Shown here piece by piece: positions 53,230-64,000 of a stretch of 64,000 bases of DNA (its first letter is position 1; the number at the start of each line of letters is the position of its first letter). The stretch lies in the NCBI RefSeq assembly GCF_041248615.1, contig NZ_CP158426.1, one strand, 5' to 3'. The position numbers and the translations under genes were made by a program. The DNA comes from Escherichia coli. GTDB taxonomy: Bacteria > Pseudomonadota > Gammaproteobacteria > Enterobacterales > Enterobacteriaceae. Below the pieces are notes generated by a model. It saw only the letters and a list, made by a program, of their open reading frames with translations. It ran no database searches and had not been told where the DNA came from.

Positions 53230-53985
53230 TTAACGCAAAATCTCACACTGATGATCCTGGATTTCCTCGGCTGAAGCACGGTTCAGCGTCAGTAAATTTC
53301 GTTGTGTCGCCAGCAATACAAATGAGTTATCACTCTGCCGTACCATTGCCAGCCCGTAGCTTCCCATATGTTCCCGCGCCTCAGGCACTTCTTCTGCAAG
53401 CATCATAAATGGGCTGCGTTGTACCAGTTCGCTTTCCGTTACCCGACGCGCCAGGTATTCATGCCCGCGCAAACCACCTGGCAGTGGCAACCAGCGGCTG
53501 CTGATGTTCGCCAGATTTTTATCCAGTTGTTCGCGCACATCAGGACGAATACAAGAGATATGAATATGAAAATGGTTTTGCGTACGCCCGGTGCGGGAGT
53601 TGATCGCCAAAGAAACCGCGCGATCGGGAACCGACTGACCGTATTTTTTGCTCATAAAATCACGCGCCTGCCAGGCCAACCAAAAGAAGTTCGGCGTTGA
53701 AGGATCGGTCAACAAAGGACTTTCAGTACCGTTAATACGATACGTTGGCATCAACAGATATTGCAGTGGGCCATTAAGATCTTTTAAAACCACGTATCCG
53801 GCATTGGGTTTGACTTCCGCACATGGCGAAGGATTTTGATTTTGCTGCTGATTGGGCAAACATTCCTCAAGGACAATCTTACGTAATGTATCCGACTCTT
53901 CACCGGTTAATTTCCAGTAACCAATACCGGCAGCCACAACGGCGATAACTATCATCACCAAAAAAAGAAGACCCGCTTTTTTCAT
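53230..53985 (-). CDS. cdh: CDP-diacylglycerol pyrophosphatase, 251 aa
   Basis: ORF 53230..54177 trimmed to [20 protein letters not shown]; HIT-like motif HFHIHI. Confidence 0.9.
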   Translation of the reverse strand: MKKAGLLFLVMIVIAVVAAGIGYWKLTGEESDTLRKIVLEECLPNQQQNQNPSPCAEVKPNAGYVVLKDLNGPLQYLLMPTYRINGTESPLLTDPSTPNFFWLAWQARDFMSKKYGQSVPDRAVSLAINSRTGRTQNHFHIHISCIRPDVREQLDKNLANISSRWLPLPGGLRGHEYLARRVTESELVQRSPFMMLAEEVPEAREHMGSYGLAMVRQSDNSFVLLATQRNLLTLNRASAEEIQDHQCEILR

Positions 53986-54091
53986 CTTTTTTTCCCTGTA
54001 CCTCAAAGAGATGCAAGGGTAACGCAAAATCGTGACAAATAAAAAACCCGGTCGCGAGAAACCACCGGGTTTGATAATTATCCTGGAGAAA

Positions 54092-55081
54092 TCAGCGTTT
54101 GCTGATCTGATCGAACGTACCGCCGTTAGCAAAATGCTCTTTTTGCGCTTTCGTCCAGCCGCCGAACTCTTCATCAATGGTGAATAACTTCAGCTTTGGA
54201 AACGCATTTTCGTACTTTTTCGCCACCTCAGCATCGCGCGGACGGTAGTAGTTTTTCTCGGCAATTTCCTGACCTTCTGGCGAGTAGAGATATTTCAGAT
54301 AGGCTTCCGCCACCTCTTTGGTGCCTTTTTTCTCGACCACTTTATCGACCACCGACACGGTTGGCTCTGCGAGGATAGACTCACTCGGCGTAACGATTTC
54401 GAATTTATCTTTCCCCAGTTCATTCGCTGCCAGCAGAGCTTCGTTTTCCCAGGCGATCAGTACATCGCCAATTCCGCGCTCGACAAAAGTGTTAGTGGAG
54501 CCGCGCGCGCCAGAATCCAGAACTTCGACGTTTTTATACAGTGCCCGAACAAAATCCTGTGCTTTTGCCTGATCGTTGTTGTTGTGATGCAGCGCGTAGC
54601 CCCAGGCTGCCAGGTAGTTCCAGCGCGCGCCACCAGAGCTTTTCGGATTAGGCGTGATCACCGAAACACCCGGTTTAATCAGATCGTTCCAGTCATGGAT
54701 CTGCTTCGGATTGCCCTTACGCACCAGGAAAACAATGGTGGAAGTGTACGGTGCGGAGTTATCCGGCAGACGTTTGATCCACTCTTTATCAATCCGCCCG
54801 CGTTCCGCAATCGCGTCCACGTCATAGGCCAGAGCCAGCGTGACAACATCAGCTTCAATACCGTTGATTACCGACGTCGCTTGTTTGCCTGAACCACCGT
54901 GGGACTGACGGATCACCACGTTATCGCCAGTTTGCTGTTTCCAGTGGGCGCTGAATGCCTTGTTGTACTGTTCGTACAATTCGCGCGTTGGATCATATGA
55001 AACGTTAAGAAGCTGAATATCCTTTGCCATAACGCTGGTTGCCGCCAGCAAAAATGTTAACCCTACGCCCCACTTGTTCAT
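54092..55081 (-). CDS. sbp: Periplasmic sulfate-binding protein, 329 aa
   Basis: ORF 54092..55081; signal peptide [19 protein letters not shown]. Confidence 0.95.
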   Translation of the reverse strand: MNKWGVGLTFLLAATSVMAKDIQLLNVSYDPTRELYEQYNKAFSAHWKQQTGDNVVIRQSHGGSGKQATSVINGIEADVVTLALAYDVDAIAERGRIDKEWIKRLPDNSAPYTSTIVFLVRKGNPKQIHDWNDLIKPGVSVITPNPKSSGGARWNYLAAWGYALHHNNNDQAKAQDFVRALYKNVEVLDSGARGSTNTFVERGIGDVLIAWENEALLAANELGKDKFEIVTPSESILAEPTVSVVDKVVEKKGTKEVAEAYLKYLYSPEGQEIAEKNYYRPRDAEVAKKYENAFPKLKLFTIDEEFGGWTKAQKEHFANGGTFDQISKR

Positions 55082-55246
55082 CGCCAGACTCTCTTATGTT
55101 GTGTTGTGATGAGCAAAGCGTGCCAGAAGGTTAACCAAACATTAAAGAATAAAAAAAGATTGGCTATAACTTGCGGGTATATGTTGGGGGATTAAAAAGG
55201 CGGAAGAAATCCGCCTCATATTGCTGACAAAGTGCGCTTTGTCCAT

Positions 55247-55345
55247 GCCGGATGCGGCGCGAACGCCTTATCCGGCCTACAAAAGTTTGCAAATTCAATA
55301 AATTGCAGAATTCATGTAGGCCTGATAAGCGAAGCGCATCCGGCA
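55247..55345. repeat. REP/BIME element: two inverted REP palindromic units
   Basis: gccggatgcggcgcgaacgccttatccggcctac and its inverted partner gtaggcctgataagcgaagcgcatccggca. Confidence 0.85.
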
Positions 55346-55400
55346 TTTTTGCTTCTGTCATCGGTTTCAGGCTAAAGGAATCTGCCTTTTTCCGAAATCA

Positions 55401-56363
55401 TTAATACAGTTTTTTCGCGCAGTCCAGCCAGTCGCCTTTGAACGGACGCTTCATGTTTTCGATAGCGTCGATGATGTCGTGGTGAACCAGCTGTTCGTTC
55501 TGGATACCTACGCAACGACCGCCGTAACCTGCCAGCAGCAGATCGATAGCGTAAGCGCCCATACGGGAAGCCAGAATACGGTCGTAAGGCACCGGAGAAC
55601 CACCGCGCTGGATGTGGCCCAGCACAGTTGCGCGGGTTTCACGACCGGTTTCTTTCTCGATGAAATGCGCCAGTTCGTCAACATCACACATATGTTCGGT
55701 AATCGCCACGATCGCGTGTTTTTTACCTTTCGCGATACCCGCTTTGATTTCGTTTACCAGGTCTTCACGGCTGAATTCAACTTCCGGAACTACAACGAAT
55801 TCACAGCCACCGGCAATGGCCGCAGCCAGGGTCAGATCGCCACAATAACGACCCATCACTTCCACCACGGAAATACGCTGGTGAGAAGAAGAGGTGTCAC
55901 GCAGACGGTCGATCGCTTCTACAACGGTGCTCAGCGCAGTGAAGAAACCGATAGTGTAGTCAGTGCCTTTGATGTCGTTGTCGATAGTGCCAGGCAGACC
56001 GATGCACGGGAAGCCCATTTCGGTCAGACGCATTGCACCCATGTAGGAACCGTCACCGCCGATAACCACCAGCGCGTCGATACCACGTTTTTTCAGGTTT
56101 TCGATAGCCACGGCGCGGATGTTCTCGTCGCGGAATTCCGGGAAACGCGCAGAACCGAGGAACGTACCGCCACGGTTGATCATGTCAGAAACGCTGTAAC
56201 GGTCTAGCTGTACCATACGGTCTTCATACAGACCCAGATAGCCGTCATAAATGCCCATTACTTCCAGACCTTCTGTCAGCGCAGAACGAACAACCCCGCG
56301 AATTGCGGCGTTCATGCCTGGCGCATCACCGCCGCTTGTCAACACACCGATTTTCTTAATCAT
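55401..56363 (-). CDS. pfkA: 6-phosphofructokinase I, 320 aa
   Basis: ORF 55401..56459 trimmed to [23 protein letters not shown]. Confidence 0.97.
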
Positions 56364-56543
56364 GACTACCTCTGAACTTTGGAATGCAAAATGAAATCTG
56401 TTGCCGGAAGTCTTCTTGCACATCGAAGTGATCCAACGAATGTGCAAATAGTATAACAATCACTTCCTGCTGAATTGATTCAGGTCAGGCCAAATGGCGG
56501 TATTTTATACACAAAATGCGGGTCTGGCTCTCTTTTATACTGA

Positions 56544-57446
56544 TTATGAAAGCATAGACCGTTTACCCTCCCTGGGTACGACGGAACAGGGGTCCTGATG
56601 GATAATCACATCCGATCCCGGAAAACGCCGTAAAATAGCCTGCTCTACCTGATCCGCCACCATATGTGCCTGAACCAAAGGCAGAGAGTCTTCCATTTCC
56701 AAATGAATCTGAATAAAGCGGGTCGGCCCTGACTGCCGCGTGCGAAGATCGTGAGCGCCGCTAACACCCGGCCAGGAAGTCACGATATCAATAATTTCTT
56801 GCCGTTCTTCATCAGGCAATGCGCGATCCAGTAATGACTGTACCGCCTCATATCCCATGCGTAACGCGCTATATAAAATATAGATGCCGATTCCCAATGC
56901 AAACAGAGCATCGGCGCGATGCCAGCCGTACCAGGACAACCCCAGCGCCAGCAGAATTGCGCCGTTCATCATAACATCAGACTGGTAATGTAGCATATCA
57001 GCCCGCACCGCCTGGCTTTGCGTCCGGCGCACCACCCACCGCTGAAACGAGACAAGGATAATCGTACAAATTAGCGCCACAATTGTCACGATTACCCCGA
57101 CGCCTGGATCTGTCATCGGTGTTGGAGATATCAGATGTTGAATACCCGTCAAAAAGAGGAATAGTGCCGAACCGGAGATAAACATACTTTGCGCCAGCGC
57201 CGCGAGGGACTCAGCTTTACCGTGACCAAACGAGTGATTATCGTCGGCAGGTTGCAGGGAATATCGCACCACCAGTAAATTCGTCAACGACGCGCCGATA
57301 TCCACCAGCGAATCCACCAGCGCGGCGAGAATACTCACCGACCCGGTATACCACCATGCAAAAATTTTAATCAGCAATAGCAGTGAAGCCATCGCCGTTG
57401 CAGCAATCGCCGCCCGACTGACCAGCCGTCCATAAGATTGATTCAT
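56544..57446 (-). CDS. fieF: Cation diffusion facilitator (Zn/Fe efflux) FieF/YiiP, 300 aa
   Basis: ORF 56544..57464 trimmed to [21 protein letters not shown]; CDF transmembrane domain plus cytoplasmic C-terminal domain. Confidence 0.93.
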
Positions 57447-57527
57447 AAATACTCCCGCTATCAACTGACGCTAGTATAACGGAAGCAAATCATCTGCAAT
57501 GCATTAAGCAGCAGGCAAATTGAGGAT

Positions 57528-57592
57528 AAAAAAACCCCCACATCATGTGGGGGAAGACAGGGATGGTGTCTATGGCAAGGAAAACAGGGTTT
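57528..57592 (-). ncRNA. cpxQ: CpxQ small RNA, processed from the cpxP 3' UTR
   Basis: Sequence directly 3' of the cpxP stop ends in a terminator hairpin cccccacatgatgtggggg plus U-run; matches the CpxQ region as I recall it. Ends approximate. Confidence 0.5.
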
Positions 57593-57593
57593 A

Positions 57594-58094
57594 CTACTGG
57601 GAACGTGAGTTGCTACTACTCAATAGCTTCAACGATGAACTTTTTTGCCATTGCGTCACGTCACGCAACTGCTCCATTCGTTGTTGATGTTTCTCATTTA
57701 AAACCGCTTGCTGCTCCGGCGTTAACAGGCGATACATTTGGTTGCGGACTTTTGCCATCTCAACCTGACGAGCAATTTGCTCATTCGCCATTTTTTCTGC
57801 CTGTGCGCGCACAGCGTTTTCATCAAAATTTTCTGCGGTGACAAGGCGATGCATTGTCTCCAGTTCGCTAACATTAACAGGAGGCTGTTCGTGCCGGGCC
57901 TGTTGCATAAGATCTCGCATCTGCTGACGCTGATGTTCGGTTAAACTTATGCCGTCGAACATATGGCTCTGCGTACTGCGCTGCGTAAGTTCTTCACCCG
58001 GATGCCAGTTATCGCCTGAACCGACTTCAGCAGCGTGGCTTAATGAACTGACTGCCAGCGTTGAGGCCATGACGGCAGCGGTAACTATGCGCAT
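57594..58094 (-). CDS. cpxP: Periplasmic stress adaptor/chaperone CpxP, 166 aa
   Basis: ORF 57594..58097; signal peptide plus paired LTxxQ motifs. Confidence 0.93.
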
Positions 58095-58172
58095 CATTTG
58101 CTCCCAAAATCTTTCTGTCGCGATTCAACGATAGAGAGTTTACGATTCAGGCTGCAAACATGCGTCAGGGGG

Positions 58173-58187
58173 TGTAAAACAACGTAA
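58173..58187. promoter_or_regulatory. CpxR-P binding site in the divergent cpxP/cpxRA control region
   Basis: gtaaaacaacgtaaa fits the GTAAA-N5-GTAAA CpxR consensus. Confidence 0.7.
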
Positions 58188-58243
58188 AGTCATGGATTAG
58201 CGACGTCTGATGACGTAATTTCTGCCTCGGAGGTATTTAAACA

Positions 58244-58942
58244 ATGAATAAAATCCTGTTAGTTGATGATGACCGAGAGCTGACTTCCCTATTAAAGGAG
58301 CTGCTCGAGATGGAAGGCTTCAACGTGATTGTTGCCCACGATGGGGAACAGGCGCTTGATCTTCTGGACGACAGCATTGATTTACTTTTGCTTGATGTAA
58401 TGATGCCGAAGAAAAATGGTATCGACACATTAAAAGCACTTCGCCAGACACACCAGACGCCTGTCATTATGTTGACGGCGCGCGGCAGTGAACTTGATCG
58501 CGTTCTCGGCCTTGAGCTGGGCGCAGATGACTATCTCCCGAAACCGTTTAATGATCGTGAGCTGGTGGCACGTATTCGCGCGATCCTGCGCCGTTCGCAC
58601 TGGAGTGAGCAACAGCAAAATAACGACAACGGTTCACCGACACTGGAAGTTGATGCCTTAGTGCTGAATCCAGGCCGTCAGGAAGCCAGCTTCGACGGGC
58701 AAACGCTGGAGTTAACCGGCACTGAGTTTACCCTGCTCTATTTGCTGGCACAGCATCTGGGTCAGGTGGTTTCCCGTGAGCATTTAAGCCAGGAAGTGCT
58801 GGGCAAACGCCTGACGCCTTTCGACCGCGCTATCGATATGCACATTTCCAACCTGCGTCGTAAACTGCCGGATCGTAAAGATGGTCACCCGTGGTTTAAA
58901 ACCTTGCGTGGTCGCGGCTATCTGATGGTTTCTGCTTCATGA
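58244..58942 (+). CDS. cpxR: Envelope-stress response regulator CpxR (OmpR family), 232 aa
   Basis: ORF 58244..58942 (MNKILLVDDDRELTSLLKELL). Confidence 0.97.
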   Translation: MNKILLVDDDRELTSLLKELLEMEGFNVIVAHDGEQALDLLDDSIDLLLLDVMMPKKNGIDTLKALRQTHQTPVIMLTARGSELDRVLGLELGADDYLPKPFNDRELVARIRAILRRSHWSEQQQNNDNGSPTLEVDALVLNPGRQEASFDGQTLELTGTEFTLLYLLAQHLGQVVSREHLSQEVLGKRLTPFDRAIDMHISNLRRKLPDRKDGHPWFKTLRGRGYLMVSAS

Positions 58943-60312
58943 TAGGCAGCTTAACCGCGCGCATCTTCGCCATCTTCTGGCTGACGCTGGCGCTGGTGTT
59001 GATGTTAGTTTTGATGTTACCCAAGCTCGATTCACGCCAGATGACCGAGCTTCTGGATAGCGAACAGCGTCAGGGGCTGATGATTGAGCAGCATGTTGAA
59101 GCGGAGCTGGCGAACGATCCGCCCAACGATTTAATGTGGTGGCGGCGTCTGTTCCGGGCGATTGATAAGTGGGCACCGCCAGGACAGCGTTTGTTATTGG
59201 TGACCACCGAAGGCCGCGTGATCGGCGCTGAACGCAGCGAAATGCAGATCATTCGTAACTTTATTGGTCAGGCCGATAACGCCGATCATCCGCAGAAGAA
59301 AAAGTATGGCCGCGTGGAACTGGTCGGTCCGTTCTCAGTGCGTGATGGCGAAGATAATTACCAACTTTATCTGATTCGTCCGGCCAGCAGTTCTCAATCC
59401 GATTTCATTAACTTACTGTTTGACCGCCCGCTATTACTGCTGATTGTCACCATGCTGGTCAGTACGCCGCTGCTGTTGTGGTTGGCCTGGAGTCTGGCAA
59501 AACCGGCGCGTAAGCTGAAAAACGCGGCCGATGAAGTTGCCCAGGGAAACTTACGCCAGCACCCGGAACTGGAAGCGGGGCCACAGGAATTCCTTGCCGC
59601 AGGTGCCAGTTTTAACCAGATGGTCACCGCGCTGGAGCGTATGATGACCTCTCAGCAGCGTCTGCTTTCTGATATCTCTCACGAGCTGCGCACGCCGCTG
59701 ACGCGTCTGCAACTGGGTACGGCGTTACTGCGCCGTCGTAGCGGTGAAAGCAAGGAACTGGAGCGTATTGAAACCGAAGCGCAACGTCTGGACAGCATGA
59801 TTAACGACCTGTTGGTGATGTCACGTAATCAGCAAAAAAACGCGCTGGTTAGCGAGACCATCAAAGCCAATCAGTTGTGGAGTGAAGTGCTGGATAACGC
59901 GGCGTTCGAAGCCGAGCAAATGGGCAAGTCGTTGACAGTTAACTTCCCGCCTGGGCCGTGGCCGCTGTACGGCAACCCGAACGCCCTGGAGAGTGCGCTG
60001 GAAAACATTGTTCGTAATGCCCTGCGTTATTCCCATACGAAGATTGAAGTGGGCTTTGCGGTAGATAAAGACGGTATCACCATTACGGTGGACGACGATG
60101 GTCCTGGCGTTAGCCCGGAAGATCGCGAACAGATTTTCCGTCCGTTCTATCGTACCGATGAAGCACGCGATCGTGAATCTGGCGGTACAGGTTTGGGGCT
60201 GGCAATTGTTGAAACCGCCATTCAGCAGCATCGTGGCTGGGTTAAAGCGGAAGACAGCCCGCTGGGCGGTTTACGGCTGGTGATTTGGTTGCCGCTGTAT
60301 AAGCGGAGTTAA
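58939..60312 (+). CDS. cpxA: Envelope-stress sensor histidine kinase CpxA, 457 aa
   Basis: ORF 58939..60312; H-box SHELRTPLTR; 4-bp overlap with cpxR. Confidence 0.97.
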   Translation: MIGSLTARIFAIFWLTLALVLMLVLMLPKLDSRQMTELLDSEQRQGLMIEQHVEAELANDPPNDLMWWRRLFRAIDKWAPPGQRLLLVTTEGRVIGAERSEMQIIRNFIGQADNADHPQKKKYGRVELVGPFSVRDGEDNYQLYLIRPASSSQSDFINLLFDRPLLLLIVTMLVSTPLLLWLAWSLAKPARKLKNAADEVAQGNLRQHPELEAGPQEFLAAGASFNQMVTALERMMTSQQRLLSDISHELRTPLTRLQLGTALLRRRSGESKELERIETEAQRLDSMINDLLVMSRNQQKNALVSETIKANQLWSEVLDNAAFEAEQMGKSLTVNFPPGPWPLYGNPNALESALENIVRNALRYSHTKIEVGFAVDKDGITITVDDDGPGVSPEDREQIFRPFYRTDEARDRESGGTGLGLAIVETAIQQHRGWVKAEDSPLGGLRLVIWLPLYKRS

Positions 60313-60339
60313 ACTCGGCGCAGTGCCGTCCCCTTCGGG

Positions 60340-60500
60340 GTGAAGGCAACAGGTCAGCACTGTGCGAACTGATACCCTCACCACGGCCCTCTCCCTGAAA
60401 GGGCGAGGGGAAAAACGTAGCCCTGTTCAGCAACGGAGCTGAGCACCGCTCCGGACAGTCCCCTCGCCCCTCTGGGGAGAGGGTTAGGGTGAGGGGAAAA
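60340..60500. repeat. Intergenic GC-rich palindromic repeat, boxC/RSA-like, inverted relative to the 15160..15275 copy
   Basis: ccctcaccacggccctctccctgaaagggcgagggg and cccctcgcccctctggggagagggttagggtgagggg are reverse complements of the units at 15160..15275. Confidence 0.7.
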
Positions 60501-60566
60501 ATTCAGCACAATGCAAACGGCACTGCTCTCACCGGAAACCATGCCAGATTTCGTATTAAGGCAGAC

Positions 60567-61241
60567 TTATTTTCCCCACAACCGGCGGGAAAAATCTTCG
60601 ATCTTGCCGCTCAGTCGGCGCTTTTGCATCGTCCGCGTCCAGCTTTTCGATAACCCGGCGGCGGAGAGTAAACGGTGATACTGCTCGTCATCAAACGGCA
60701 TATGCCATGCGATGGCGGCAGCCTCCTGCACGGTCACATCGCTGACACGGGAAACCAACTCCAGCGGCGCATCAGCAGATACCAACCCTGGCGCTATCAC
60801 GCTATACAACCACCCCACTTTACCTGTGTTTTGCATCAACTGCGCTATATCGCTGATATCAAAATGGTAATTGAGTTTATAGCAAGGTGAGCGTGGCTGG
60901 CTGACCTGAATTAATGCCTCTCCCCAGCGGAAAATATCGCCAATATAAACATTACTTTCCGTCAGACCGTCGGTTGAGAGATTTTCGCCAAACGCAGGCG
61001 CAACAAACAACTCCGCCTGTTCCGGAAATTCCCGCGCCCAGTAGAGATAGTGCTCACGAGGATAATGACACAGCGCTCTGTCTGGCCCGCCGTGAACCTT
61101 TTTCTCCGCCTGCTCGTCACCTTCCAGCCCCAGCTCCGTCAGCATCAACTCACCATCAACCTGGATTTTGGCAATTGCGCTGGGTTTGCCTTCGGGATAA
61201 GCCTGAATCTTGCCTGTGTATACATCAACCGGATATCGCAT
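60567..61241 (-). CDS. yiiM: MOSC-domain protein YiiM, 224 aa
   Basis: ORF 60567..61271 trimmed to MRYPVDVYTGKIQAYPEG. Confidence 0.88.
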   Translation of the reverse strand: MRYPVDVYTGKIQAYPEGKPSAIAKIQVDGELMLTELGLEGDEQAEKKVHGGPDRALCHYPREHYLYWAREFPEQAELFVAPAFGENLSTDGLTESNVYIGDIFRWGEALIQVSQPRSPCYKLNYHFDISDIAQLMQNTGKVGWLYSVIAPGLVSADAPLELVSRVSDVTVQEAAAIAWHMPFDDEQYHRLLSAAGLSKSWTRTMQKRRLSGKIEDFSRRLWGK

Positions 61242-61390
61242 CTGTTCCCTCTCCACGAGAAATTTCCCCATTAGACCATATTTATTTTATGTCAGGCGTG
61301 CTGTTTTCGCGGTATGTATCCAGGCAGTAGCTCAAATAGAAAACCGGACGAACGTTAGTTCATCCGGCTGTGGGGATTAAGGAAGCAGGT

Positions 61391-62374
61391 TTATTTTACC
61401 GTGCTTAAAATTTCGATTTTCGCCACTCTGGCTTTGACTTTACGTGACCAGATAGAGGTAAGAATTGGCACCAGAATCGAAGTCACAATGACCGCCGTCG
61501 CAACCAGCGAAGTTGCTGCCGGAGCCATCGGTTTAAACGCAGGCACCATTTCAGCAATCAGCACAGGTGTCGCTACCGCGGCCCCTGCGGAACTGGAAGC
61601 GGCAATTCCGGCAGTGCCATCGCCACCGCCAATCAATTTATCAGCGATAATCAACGGAATACCGGTCACGATAATTACTGCCACACCCAACAGGATCCCC
61701 AGCAAACCTGTCTGGGCAATTACAGTCAAATCAATGGTATTGCCCAGTGCGAAGGCAAAGAACGGAATCAGCGTTTGCACCGCTTTGCTGAAAAATTCTC
61801 GCAATTCAGGATCAAGATTCCCCAGGGCAAAGCCCACCAGGAACGGTAATACTGCGCCGACGAAAACATGCGGTTCAAACGAGGCAATCCCGGCAGTGCC
61901 CAGAATAATCATCGTCATGAGCGGCCCGGACTCCAATGACATCAACACAAATGCCCCAGCTTCTTCTTTTGTGCCGTACTGCTGCATGATGGAAGCGTAA
62001 AGTCCGCCGTTGGTCATATCCATCGCCGCCACCAGCGCCAGCGTTGAAAGTCCGGCAAAGAATCCAACTTCAACACCATGTTCCGGAATAATGCGCGAGG
62101 CAATTGCCGCAACCACCCACGCGACGGCAATTTTTGTTACCACCAGCGTACCGGATTTACGCAATACCGTTCCCGTCGCGCTTAATTTTATTGACGCCCC
62201 CATGCAAAAAAACCACACCGCCAGAATGGGCACCGTACCGGTAATCATCCCGTTGGTGAATGATCCAAAATATTTCCCCGCCCCCGGCGAGAAGGTGTGG
62301 CACAGTGCGCCAAGGAATAGCGGGACGAGCATCATCCCCCCCGGGATTTTCTCAATCGAGCGTTTTATCTGCAT
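61391..62374 (-). CDS. kdgT: 2-keto-3-deoxygluconate permease, 327 aa
   Basis: ORF 61391..62383 trimmed to [23 protein letters not shown]. Confidence 0.92.
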   Translation of the reverse strand: MQIKRSIEKIPGGMMLVPLFLGALCHTFSPGAGKYFGSFTNGMITGTVPILAVWFFCMGASIKLSATGTVLRKSGTLVVTKIAVAWVVAAIASRIIPEHGVEVGFFAGLSTLALVAAMDMTNGGLYASIMQQYGTKEEAGAFVLMSLESGPLMTMIILGTAGIASFEPHVFVGAVLPFLVGFALGNLDPELREFFSKAVQTLIPFFAFALGNTIDLTVIAQTGLLGILLGVAVIIVTGIPLIIADKLIGGGDGTAGIAASSSAGAAVATPVLIAEMVPAFKPMAPAATSLVATAVIVTSILVPILTSIWSRKVKARVAKIEILSTVK

Positions 62375-62633
62375 TTCCATCACCTGTCGGCATATTTTTA
62401 AGGGCTGATGCGTAATTCCTCAATGGAGCATCAGTGTTGATGGAAACGAAGATAGACATTCATTTAATCAATAAAAGTGATCAAAACCACATCAATTGAA
62501 ACACTGTTTTATTTTTATCGGATCATTGTTTTTATTTTGAAATTGATCACAAAAAAACCACCGCCGTTGGCGATGGTTCATTTTTTAAGCTGATATGCGG
62601 CGTAAACGCCTCATTGCAGCAGGCGGCAAATGA

Positions 62634-63254
62634 TTATTTTTTCGCCGCGAAACGTGCCGCTGCTTCGTCCCAGTTCACCACGTTCCAGAACTCTTTGATG
62701 TAGTCCGGACGGCGGTTCTGGAATTTCAGGTAGTAAGCATGTTCCCACACATCCAGGCCCAGAATCGGGAAGCCGGAAGCGCCAGAAATAGCTTCACCCA
62801 TCAGCGGGGAGTCCTGGTTAGCAGTAGAAACCACCGCCAGTTTATCGCCTTTCAGCACCAGCCATGCCCAGCCGGAACCAAAGCGGGAAGCTGCCGCTTT
62901 CTCAAATTCTGCTTTGAAGTTATCAACGGAGCCGAAGTCACGTTCGATAGCCGCTTTCAGGTCACCCTGTAAGGTGGTGCCTTTTTTCAGACCTTTCCAG
63001 AACAGGCTGTGGTTAGCGTGACCGCCAGCGTTGTTGCGCAGTACGGTTTTCTTGTCTGCTGGCAGCTGGTCCAGTTTGGTGATCAGCTCTTCAACCGGCA
63101 GGTTGGCAAATTCTGGCAGGCTTTCCAGCGCCGCGTTGGCGTTGTTGACGTAGGTCTGATGGTGTTTGGTGTGGTGGATTTCCATGGTCTGCTTATCGAA
63201 GTGCGGTTCCAGGGCATCGTAAGCATACGGCAGGGATGGCAGGGTATAGCTCAT
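62634..63254 (-). CDS. sodA: Manganese superoxide dismutase, 206 aa
   Basis: ORF 62634..63260 trimmed to [32 protein letters not shown]. Confidence 0.98.
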   Translation of the reverse strand: MSYTLPSLPYAYDALEPHFDKQTMEIHHTKHHQTYVNNANAALESLPEFANLPVEELITKLDQLPADKKTVLRNNAGGHANHSLFWKGLKKGTTLQGDLKAAIERDFGSVDNFKAEFEKAAASRFGSGWAWLVLKGDKLAVVSTANQDSPLMGEAISGASGFPILGLDVWEHAYYLKFQNRRPDYIKEFWNVVNWDEAAARFAAKK

Positions 63255-63539
63255 ATTCATCTCCAGTATTGTCGGGCGGCCGATTGTTAATGCCGCGTAA
63301 GCAGTTGGTTCATTATAGTTAATTAAATGATATTGAAAATGATTATCAATGCCGTACTTTTCGTAAGGGTATGGTTTTGCAGGAAAATGCCCGAGATGTG
63401 AAGCAAATCACCCACTTAATGCCGTGATTGCCAGTAAATCGACAACGGCGGCAACAGGCGAAAGGTTAATCGACAGCACGATTTTTACACTCATCTCGTC
63501 GGAGATGTGACGCGACGAAAAATGATGAGGATAAGAAGA

Positions 63540-64000
63540 TGAGTAACGCGATTACGATGGGGATATTTTGGCATTTGATCGGCGCGGCCAGTGCAGCCTG
63601 TTTTTACGCTCCGTTCAAAAAAGTAAAAAAATGGTCATGGGAAACCATGTGGTCAGTTGGTGGGATTGTTTCGTGGATTATTCTGCCGTGGGCCATCAGC
63701 GCCCTGTTACTACCGAATTTCTGGGCGTATTACAGCTCGTTTAGTCTCTCTACGCTGCTGCCTGTTTTTCTGTTCGGCGCAATGTGGGGGATTGGTAATA
63801 TCAACTACGGCCTGACCATGCGTTATCTCGGCATGTCGATGGGGATTGGTATCGCCATTGGTATCACGTTGATTGTTGGTACGCTGATGACGCCAATTAT
63901 CAACGGCAATTTCGATGTGTTGATCAATACCGAAGGTGGACGCATGACATTGCTCGGCGTTCTGGTGGCGCTGATTGGTGTAGGGATTGTGACTCGCGCC
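63540..64000 (+). CDS. rhaT: L-rhamnose-proton symporter RhaT, N-terminal part, runs off window end
   Basis: ATG at 63540 opens [38 protein letters not shown]..., open to the window edge; not in the ORF track because no stop is reached. Confidence 0.9.

Overview
This 64 kb window is an Escherichia coli chromosomal segment colinear with the K-12 ppc-to-rhaT region, in reverse orientation relative to K-12 numbering. Gene identities were assigned by recognising the translated ORFs from memory, not by database search. The conserved backbone runs ppc, eptC, yijO, the frw/pfl cluster, ptsA, fsaB, gldA, yijF, yijE, katG, metF, metL, metB, metJ, yiiX, rpmE, priA, cytR, ftsN, hslVU, menA, rraA, zapB, glpFKX, fpr, uspD, yiiS, yiiR, yiiQ, tpiA, cdh, sbp, pfkA, fieF, cpxP, cpxRA, yiiM, kdgT, sodA and the start of rhaT. 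Two segments are not part of the K-12 backbone as I remember it. The first is a ~2.9 kb insertion between metF and metL carrying a secreted metallophosphoesterase/5'-nucleotidase gene and a divergently transcribed 376-aa protein with an N-terminal zinc-ribbon resembling transposase DNA-binding domains. The second is a ~8 kb island between yiiX and rpmE holding a PAAR-containing rhs polymorphic-toxin gene. That rhs gene is interrupted by a 1432-bp IS3-family element and by an IS5 copy 13 codons before its native stop. Immediately downstream are a tightly coupled candidate immunity gene and a divergent IS1-family element. The Cys/His-rich Rhs C-terminal toxin domain, its immunity partner and the metF-metL pair are the most interesting candidates for follow-up. 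No rRNA, tRNA or CRISPR array was seen.
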